DNA of 12,938 nucleotides, taken from assembly GCA_044229145.1 (NCBI GenBank), contig JBGATO010000091.1, positions 1-12,938 on the forward strand, in the 5' to 3' direction. A program made the position numbers and the translations under genes. Below are positions 7,095-12,938 of the stretch, in pieces; position 1 is the first letter of the stretch, and the number at the start of each line of letters is the position of its first letter. Below the pieces are notes generated by a model. It was not told the DNA's origin. It saw only the letters and a program-made list of their open reading frames with translations, and did no database searches. The DNA comes from Candidatus Eiseniibacteriota bacterium. GTDB lineage: Bacteria > Eisenbacteria > RBG-16-71-46 > CAZEPH01.

Positions 7095-8503
7095 GCGACG
7101 AGCAACGCCTCCACCGCTTTCTCCGCGCTCGCAATGCAATCCGGCAGCCCGATCCCATCGTAGGCGTTGCCGGCGAGAGCGAGACCCGGAAGCGCCGCCG
7201 CGCGCGCATGCATCGTGGCGACGCGGGCGCGGTGGCCGACGTGATACTGCGGCATCGCCTGCGGATAGCGCGCCAAGTGCGTCCACGCCGGCTGGCCGTC
7301 GATGCCGAGCATGTGCGCGAGTTCGGCGTGCGAACGGTCGGTGAGCGCGGCGTCGTCGAGATCGCTGCTGCGCGCGCCGTGGAAGGCGCGCAACACGGCC
7401 CATTCGCCGGGCACGCGCGCCGGGTACTTGCGGTGGGTGAAGGTGCAGCCAAGCATCGTGATACCTTCGCGCGCCGGCACCACGAAACCCGCGGCGTCGA
7501 GCGGATGCAGGATTTGGGCGACGCGGTAGGCGAGGCTCAACGTCGCCGCCTTGGCATAGGGAATCGCGGCGAGCAGATCGCTCAGCGCCGCGTCGGCGTC
7601 GCGCAGCGCGCGCGCCGCCGGAGGCGCCGGCAAAGCGCACACGACAGCGTCGACGCGCTCGGTGCCGCGCGCAGTCGCGATGTCCCAGCCACCGTCGCGC
7701 GGCACGCACGCCGACACTGCGGCGTCGAAGCGCACTGTGACGTGCGGATCCGCCGCGAGCCGCGCAGCGAGCGCGTCCGGCAACATCGCCAATCCCCGCG
7801 CGAACGAGGCGAACAAGCCATAGCGCGGGCCGCGTGCCGTCGCGTCGCGGCCGTTGCCGTTCGTCGCCGCGGCGCGTGCCGCGTTCGACGCCCACATCGC
7901 ACGAATCACGCTGCCGTGGTTGCGCTTGTCGTGAAGCGCGGGAACGTCGCGCCGAGCGACAACTCCCACGGATCGGCGCCGTAGATGCCGGCCACCATCG
8001 GTTCAGCGAGCCGCATCGAGCGCTTCGCGGCCGAGCCGCCGCGTGACGAACGCGCCGAGCGATTCGTCGTCGTCGTCGAGCCGCGACGGCACGAAGAGTT
8101 CGCACGCCATGCGCAACTTGCCGGGCACCGACAACAACCCGCTGAACGCCATCGCGCGCAGCGACGACGGCGCGAGCAAGTGGAAGCCTTCTGGCGTCGG
8201 ATGCAGCCGCTTGCCGCGCACGATGTAGCTGCGGCGAAACTCCGGAATCGTCGAGACGATCGCGGGGCCGAGGCCGATGCGCTCGGCGAGCCGCATCGCC
8301 GCCGGCTTCTCGGTGAGGATGGAGTCTGGTCCTTCCTCGAGCACGAAGTCGTCCTGGCAGCGCGTGCCGATGACGCCGCCCAATCGCGGCGACGCCTCGA
8401 ACAACACGACCTCGATGTCGCGGCCCTGCTGCGCCGCGAGCTCGCGCGCGCGATATGCCGCCGCGAGGCCGGTGATGCCGCCGCCGAGAACCGCGAGACG
8501 CAT
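7091..8503 (-). CDS. hemG: HemY-type protoporphyrinogen/coproporphyrinogen oxidase (hemY/hemG), interrupted by two compensating frameshifts (sequence error or pseudogene)
   Basis: N-terminal GGGITGLAAAY, EASPRLGG and EEGPDS. The middle RLAEPMVAGIYGADPWELSLGATFPRF is in a shifted frame (8013-7933). C-terminal AMPQYHVGH and AGNAYDGIGLPDCI. Total span is 471 codons, a full HemY length. Confidence 0.9.
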
Positions 8504-8506
8504 CGG

Positions 8507-9571
8507 TTAGGCGCGCACCTTCGCCGCGTGGACGAACTCGATCAAACGCTTGGCGTTGTCGACCGGCGTCTCGGGCAGCACGCCGTGTCCGAGGTTGAAG
8601 ATGTGGCCGGGCCGGCCCGCCGCCTGCGCGAGGATCGACGCGGTTTGGTCTGCCATGCGCGGCGCGCCGCCGAGCAGCGTGATCGGATCGAGGTTGCCCA
8701 TCACGCCGACGTCGTCGCCGAGCGCCGCCCACGCGGCATCGAGATCGACACGCCAATCGAGGCCGATGACGTCGCCGCCCGCCGCCTTCATGAGCCCGAG
8801 CAACGCCGCGTTGCCGGTGCCGAAGTGGATCACCGGCACGCCGGCCGGCAGCGCGCGGATCAACTGCTGCGTGTACGGCAGCACGTAGCGCCGGTAGTCG
8901 GCGGGCGACAACGCACCCACCCACGAGTCGAAGATCTGCAAGCATTCGGCGCCCGCCTCGACCTGCTTCGTCAGGTACGCGGCGCTGATGCGCACGATCT
9001 TCTCCATCAACGCGCGCCATGCGCCCTCGTCGCCGTACATGAGCGTCTTGGTGTGCGCGAAGTGACGCGACGAGCCGCCTTCGATCATGTACGACGCGAC
9101 GGTGAACGGCGCGCCGGCGAAGCCGATGAGCGGCATCGTCGCCGGCAGCGCGGCGCGGCAGAGACGCACGCCTTCGTAGACGTAGGCGAGCGCTGCTGGG
9201 TCACCTTCGCGCAGCGCGTCGACGCCGCGGCCGTCGCGCACCGCCGGCGTGAGCTGCGGTCCTTCGCCCGCCGCGAATTCGAGCTTCTGCCCGAGCGCCT
9301 CGCACACCAGCAGCAAATCCGCGAACAGGATCGCCGCGTCCACCTGCAACGTGGTGGCGGCGAACGTCGTGACCTCGGCCACCAGCGACGGCGTGCGGCA
9401 CAACTCCTTCATCGACACCTTCGCCCGCACCGCGCGGTACTCCGGCATGTAGCGGCCGGCTTGGCGCATCAGCCAGATCGGCGTGTGCGCCACCGGCTCG
9501 CGGCGGCAGGCGCGGAGGAACGGCGAGTCGTAGGCGGCGGACTTGGTCGCGGGGGTGTTGTCGATGCTCAT
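8507..9571 (-). CDS. hemE: Uroporphyrinogen decarboxylase, 354 aa
   Basis: Signature PIWLMRQAGRYMPEY, plus AAILFADLL, LIGFAGAPFTVASYMIEG, QIFDSW, GNLDP and HIFNLGHG. ATGA overlap with the upstream SDR stop. Confidence 0.97.
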   Translation of the reverse strand: MSIDNTPATKSAAYDSPFLRACRREPVAHTPIWLMRQAGRYMPEYRAVRAKVSMKELCRTPSLVAEVTTFAATTLQVDAAILFADLLLVCEALGQKLEFAAGEGPQLTPAVRDGRGVDALREGDPAALAYVYEGVRLCRAALPATMPLIGFAGAPFTVASYMIEGGSSRHFAHTKTLMYGDEGAWRALMEKIVRISAAYLTKQVEAGAECLQIFDSWVGALSPADYRRYVLPYTQQLIRALPAGVPVIHFGTGNAALLGLMKAAGGDVIGLDWRVDLDAAWAALGDDVGVMGNLDPITLLGGAPRMADQTASILAQAAGRPGHIFNLGHGVLPETPVDNAKRLIEFVHAAKVRA

Positions 9572-10467
9572 TGCGTCACGTCTCCTGTGGACGGGGCGTT
9601 CAGGCCGCCGCCTTTGCGGGATGCGCGTCCGAAGCCCATCGCCCGCAGCGTGTCGGCGGGCAAGTGGGCGAACGCGTTGAAACCGAAACCGGCGTGCGAC
9701 TCGCCGCCGTCGATGGGGACGAGCGTGCCGGTGACGTACGACGCGGCGTCGCTCACCAAGTAGGCGGCGAGCGCGGCGAGTTCCTGCGGATCGCCGAAGC
9801 GGCGCAGCGGCACGTGATCGCGCGCCACCTTCTCCATCTCGGGCGACAACACGAGTCGCGCCCACGCGCCCTCGGTGGGGAACGGGCCCGGCGCGATGGC
9901 GTTGAGGCGAATGCCGTACTTCGCCCACTCGACGGCGAGCGAGCGCGTCAGCACGACGACGCCGGCCTTGGCGCACGCCGAGGGCAGCGCGTACGCGGTG
10001 CCGCCCTCGGCGTACGTCGTCGCGATGCTCAGCACCGCGCCCGGCGCGCCGCGCGCGATGAGCCGCTTGCCGACCGCCTGCGTGCAGTGGAACGTCCCCT
10101 GCAGCACGATGCCGACCACCGCGGCGAACGCGTTGGGACTCAAGTCCTCGCTGGGGCTCAGGAAGTTGCCGGCCGCGTTGTTGACCAGAATGTCGATGGG
10201 GCCGAGCGCGGCTTCGGCGGCGTCGAGCGCGGCCTCGACCGCGGCGGCGTCGCGCACGTCGGCGGTGACCGCGGCGCCCCGGCCGCCGGCGGCGGCGATC
10301 TCGCCCGCCACCGCCTCGACCTTCGCCGCGTCGCGCCCGAGCACCGCGACGCGCGCGCCGAGCGCGGCGAAGCGCAGCGCCATCGCGCGGCCCAAGCCGC
10401 TGCCGCCGCCGGTGACCAGCGCCACCTTGCCGGCGAGTAAATCGGAGCGGAAGACCGGATCGGACAT
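9568..10467 (-). CDS. SDR oxidoreductase, 2,4-dienoyl-CoA reductase-like (DECR/FadH type), 299 aa
   Basis: TGGGSGLG, NNAAGNFLSPSEDLSPNAF, PSACAKAG (no catalytic Tyr, as in DECR) and EWAKYGIRLNAIAPGP. AGGAG SD. Confidence 0.88.
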   Translation of the reverse strand: MSDPVFRSDLLAGKVALVTGGGSGLGRAMALRFAALGARVAVLGRDAAKVEAVAGEIAAAGGRGAAVTADVRDAAAVEAALDAAEAALGPIDILVNNAAGNFLSPSEDLSPNAFAAVVGIVLQGTFHCTQAVGKRLIARGAPGAVLSIATTYAEGGTAYALPSACAKAGVVVLTRSLAVEWAKYGIRLNAIAPGPFPTEGAWARLVLSPEMEKVARDHVPLRRFGDPQELAALAAYLVSDAASYVTGTLVPIDGGESHAGFGFNAFAHLPADTLRAMGFGRASRKGGGLNAPSTGDVTQ

Positions 10468-10481
10468 CGCGCGGCTCCTGA

Positions 10482-11720
10482 CTAGAAAGCGTCCATGAGG
10501 TAGTTCGGGCGGCCACCGCCCACGGATTCGACGAGCGTGAGGGCGTCGAGTGACGGACCGGTCGCGAGTCCCGCGTCGGCCGCCGTCTTGGCCTTCACCG
10601 CGCCGAGCGCGATCTGCGACAGCACCGCGATGTCGCACGCGGCGTCCGCCTTCGCGGTGGTGGGCGAGACGCGTAACACGCCTTCGGCGGTGTCGAGCGC
10701 CCAGCGGCCGCTGTTCCACGGCGCGTGCGTGTCCTCAACCTCGATCACCGCGCGCAATCCCGGCGTGTCGACGGCCGGCGCGCCGGTGAGCGCGCGCTTC
10801 ACGTCCACGATGCGTGCCATCTTCGCGGTGCGGTGCGTGATCGTCGCCGGATTGTGCAGTGGCAGCGTCGCGAGCAGCGGATCGTCGGGGGCGATGCGCC
10901 ACACCAAATCACGCGCCTGCGAATCCATGTCGCCGAGGAAGGCGAGCAAGGCCGCGCGCCCGCGCGGCGTGGTCCACGCCATGTCGCGTACGTGCAGTTG
11001 GCGATGCAAGGCCGTGTCCATCTGCGCCACCGGCGTCAGCGGATTCTCGAAGTGCACGACGCAGTAACCGTCGATCGTGCCGCGTTCGTCCATCGCCACG
11101 AACCAGCGCCGCTCGGCGCCGCGCCGCGGCGTCATGAGCGCCAGCACGCGCGTCTTCCACCAGCCCGGCGAGCGCCGCAGCATGAGGTTGTACTTGTGGC
11201 CCCACTGTTCGTAGAGGCGGGTGCAGGCGGCGAGATCGCGCAGGGTCGCCTTGCGGATGCGGCCGGCCGGCTTCTCGCGGCGGGCGAGCGCGGCGAGCGG
11301 CACCGTCGCGATGCGGCGTTCCTCCGCATTCGCCCAGCCGTAGCGGGCGTAGAACGGCGCGCTGAACGGCATGAGCAGGCTCCACGCCTGCTTGGCCGCG
11401 CGCATCTCGCGCAGCATGCCGTCGATCAGCACGCCGATGTGTCCCTGGCGCCGGTCGAGGAAGGACGACGCGACCGCCGCGAGTCCGCCGGTGGCACACG
11501 CGCGGCCGCCGACGTACATCTCGAGCGCCAGCAACTCGCCGCACGCCACCGGCCGGCCGCCCACGGTGACGACGCGCGCCTCGTTCGGATCGGCCACAGA
11601 TCGCCAGCGGCGAATCACCGCGGGATCCTCGATGACATAGGAATCCGCCCACAGGTCCCACAGCGCGCGCTGATCGGCGCGTGTGGCGCGGCGGTACACG
11701 GGGGCGGAGCGTGCGGGCAT
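10482..11720 (-). CDS. Eis-family (enhanced intracellular survival) GNAT acetyltransferase with SCP2-like C-terminal domain, 412 aa
   Basis: GGLAAVAS...DRRQG, SLLMPFSAPFYARYGW, MARIVDV, D...PWNSGRW, and a C-terminal ...YLMDAF ending in Phe. GGGAG SD before the ATG at 11720. Confidence 0.88.
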   Translation of the reverse strand: MPARSAPVYRRATRADQRALWDLWADSYVIEDPAVIRRWRSVADPNEARVVTVGGRPVACGELLALEMYVGGRACATGGLAAVASSFLDRRQGHIGVLIDGMLREMRAAKQAWSLLMPFSAPFYARYGWANAEERRIATVPLAALARREKPAGRIRKATLRDLAACTRLYEQWGHKYNLMLRRSPGWWKTRVLALMTPRRGAERRWFVAMDERGTIDGYCVVHFENPLTPVAQMDTALHRQLHVRDMAWTTPRGRAALLAFLGDMDSQARDLVWRIAPDDPLLATLPLHNPATITHRTAKMARIVDVKRALTGAPAVDTPGLRAVIEVEDTHAPWNSGRWALDTAEGVLRVSPTTAKADAACDIAVLSQIALGAVKAKTAADAGLATGPSLDALTLVESVGGGRPNYLMDAF

Positions 11721-11785
11721 GGGCGTCTCCCGGCGGGTCGTCCGGTGTCCGCGCGTCACGTCAGGACACGCGCACCGGCCGCAGG

Positions 11786-11814
11786 AGAGTAGGCGCCGCC
11801 CGCGGGGCGGTCAA
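11786..11814 (-). promoter_or_regulatory. sigma70-type promoter of the eis-SDR-hemE-hemY operon
   Basis: Minus strand TTGACC-N17-TACTCT, about 65 nt upstream of the Eis-like ATG. Confidence 0.6.
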
Positions 11815-11847
11815 CGCGCCGCCGAGGGCCATCTCCCCGGCGGCGCG
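11815..11847 (-). terminator. Stem-loop downstream of the beta-barrel gene (possible terminator)
   Basis: 10-bp inverted repeat CGCGCCGCCG / CGGCGGCGCG, 8 nt after the stop codon. Only a weak T tail. Confidence 0.4.
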
Positions 11848-11855
11848 ACGAAGGT

Positions 11856-12314
11856 CTAGCGGAAGGTGAACCCGGCTAGGAAGGCGAGGTCGGGCAAATC
11901 CCCGGTTCCCGCGCGTAGTTCGACCAGGAACGTGTGCCCGCGCCCGGGCGTTTCGGCCCCGAACAGGAAGTTGGCTCCGGACCCCGAAACGCCCTCGCCG
12001 CCGTCGGGATCGTAGTGGACGAACCCGAATCCGGCGCCGCCGTACAGCTTCCAGGCGGAGCCTTCCAGTGGCAGCAGCACGCGGGCGTCGGCATTGAGTT
12101 GCACCGTGGTGAGGTTGTCACCGAGTCCCAGCGTGCCGCTGGGGAAGAACTGCAACCGGTCGGCGATCTGCCCGGCCGCCACGTGTGCGCCGACGGCGAT
12201 CTGATCGGGGCTATCGGTGACCCCGAAGCGGATCCCGGCGCGCACCGGCGCGGCATGCGCGGTGAGCGGGGCCAGGGCGAGAATCGTCACAGCGGCGAGG
12301 GCTGATGCACGCAT
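11856..12314 (-). CDS. Small outer-membrane beta-barrel protein (about 8 strands), 152 aa
   Basis: Signal peptide MRASALAAVTILALAPLTAHA, alternating amphipathic strands, LYGGAGFGF, and C-terminal beta-signal-like AFLAGFTFR. GGAG SD. Confidence 0.78.
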   Translation of the reverse strand: MRASALAAVTILALAPLTAHAAPVRAGIRFGVTDSPDQIAVGAHVAAGQIADRLQFFPSGTLGLGDNLTTVQLNADARVLLPLEGSAWKLYGGAGFGFVHYDPDGGEGVSGSGANFLFGAETPGRGHTFLVELRAGTGDLPDLAFLAGFTFR

Positions 12315-12429
12315 GCAAGGGTCTCCGGTGGATGGGTGCGGGGAAGCGACGCGTCTTGAGAGACCCGAGGGGCCGCGTGAGTTCCCGCCGGCGCGTAGCG
12401 CGGTCCGTGCTGGCCCGCCGCTCCCGCGC

Positions 12430-12458
12430 TTGACGCTCCGCCCGTCGCCCGGCACCCT
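12430..12458 (+). promoter_or_regulatory. Putative promoter of mutS (near-leaderless)
   Basis: TTGACG-N17-CACCCT ending 10 nt before the ATG. No SD visible. Confidence 0.4.
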
Positions 12459-12468
12459 TCGGCGACCC

Positions 12469-12938
12469 ATGCCCACCGATACCCCCATGATGCAGCAGTA
12501 CCACCGTGCCAAGACCGCGCATCCCGATGCGCTGGTCCTGTTCCGCATGGGCGATTTCTACGAGCTGTTCTTCGAGGATGCCCACACCGCCTCGCAGGTG
12601 CTCGGCCTGACGCTGACCAGCCGCGACAAGAACAGTCCGAATCCCGTGCCGATGGCCGGCGTCCCGCACCACAGCGCCGAAGGCTACATCGCCCGGCTGC
12701 TCGAAGCGGGCTTCCGCGTCGCGATCTGCGAGCAAACCGAAACCCCAGCGACCGCGGCGAACAAGGGCCTGCTCGAGCGGAAGGTGGTCGAGGTGCTTAC
12801 GCCGGGCACCGTCACCACCGGCAGCCTGCTCGCCGAGCGCGAGAACCGCTACCTCGCGGCGCTGGCGCCCGGCCGGGGCGTGGTCGGCGTCGCCCTGTGC
12901 GAGGTGTCCACTGGCGAACTGCTGGCGGGCGAGTGCGC
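12469..12938 (+). CDS. mutS: DNA mismatch repair protein MutS (5' partial, runs off window)
   Basis: Translated by hand: MPTDTPMMQQYHRAKTAHPDALVLFRMGDFYELFFEDA...LGLTLTSR...PMAGVPHH...GFRVAICEQ...ERKVVEVLTPGT, which is MutS domain I with the GDFYE motif. Confidence 0.97.
   Translation, partial: MPTDTPMMQQYHRAKTAHPDALVLFRMGDFYELFFEDAHTASQVLGLTLTSRDKNSPNPVPMAGVPHHSAEGYIARLLEAGFRVAICEQTETPATAANKGLLERKVVEVLTPGTVTTGSLLAERENRYLAALAPGRGVVGVALCEVSTGELLAGEC

Noticed and set aside
8003..8005. TGA as selenocysteine or readthrough joining the two in-frame hemY ORFs
   Set aside because: The in-frame intervening peptide is non-homologous; the conserved HemY segment lies in another frame, which indicates indels.
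5957..9763. Long ORFs 5957-7984 (+), 6402-9020 (-) and 7985-9763 (+)
   Set aside because: Alternative-frame or antisense overlaps of MFS, hemY and hemE with low-complexity Arg/Ala/Gly composition.
8507..10516. Apparent 669-aa extended or fused HemE
   Set aside because: The N-terminal 315 aa are an off-frame read of the SDR gene; the real start is the ATG at 9571 with an SD and ATGA coupling.

Overview
High-GC (roughly 70%) bacterial chromosomal region with no mobile element, CRISPR array or rRNA. It holds, left to right: a structured non-coding stretch with an FNR-type box; a Crp/Fnr regulator with FNR-like cysteines (-); a secreted multidomain protein (lectin-like, IPT/TIG, Ig-like, C-terminal FlgD-Ig) (+); a signal-peptide-bearing histidine phosphatase closely resembling eukaryotic PGAM5 (-); a PrsW protease / PNGase F-like / MFS cluster (+); a convergent operon of Eis-like acetyltransferase, 2,4-dienoyl-CoA-reductase-like SDR, hemE and HemY-type oxidase (-), the last broken by two compensating frameshifts; a small outer-membrane beta-barrel (-); and the 5' end of mutS (+). 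The FlgD-Ig tail and beta-barrel suggest a diderm FCB-group organism such as Eisenbacteria or Krumholzibacteria (inference). No unmistakably new system is evident. The best leads are the exported PGAM5-like phosphatase, the PrsW-PNGase-MFS cluster and a possible FNR-controlled sRNA.
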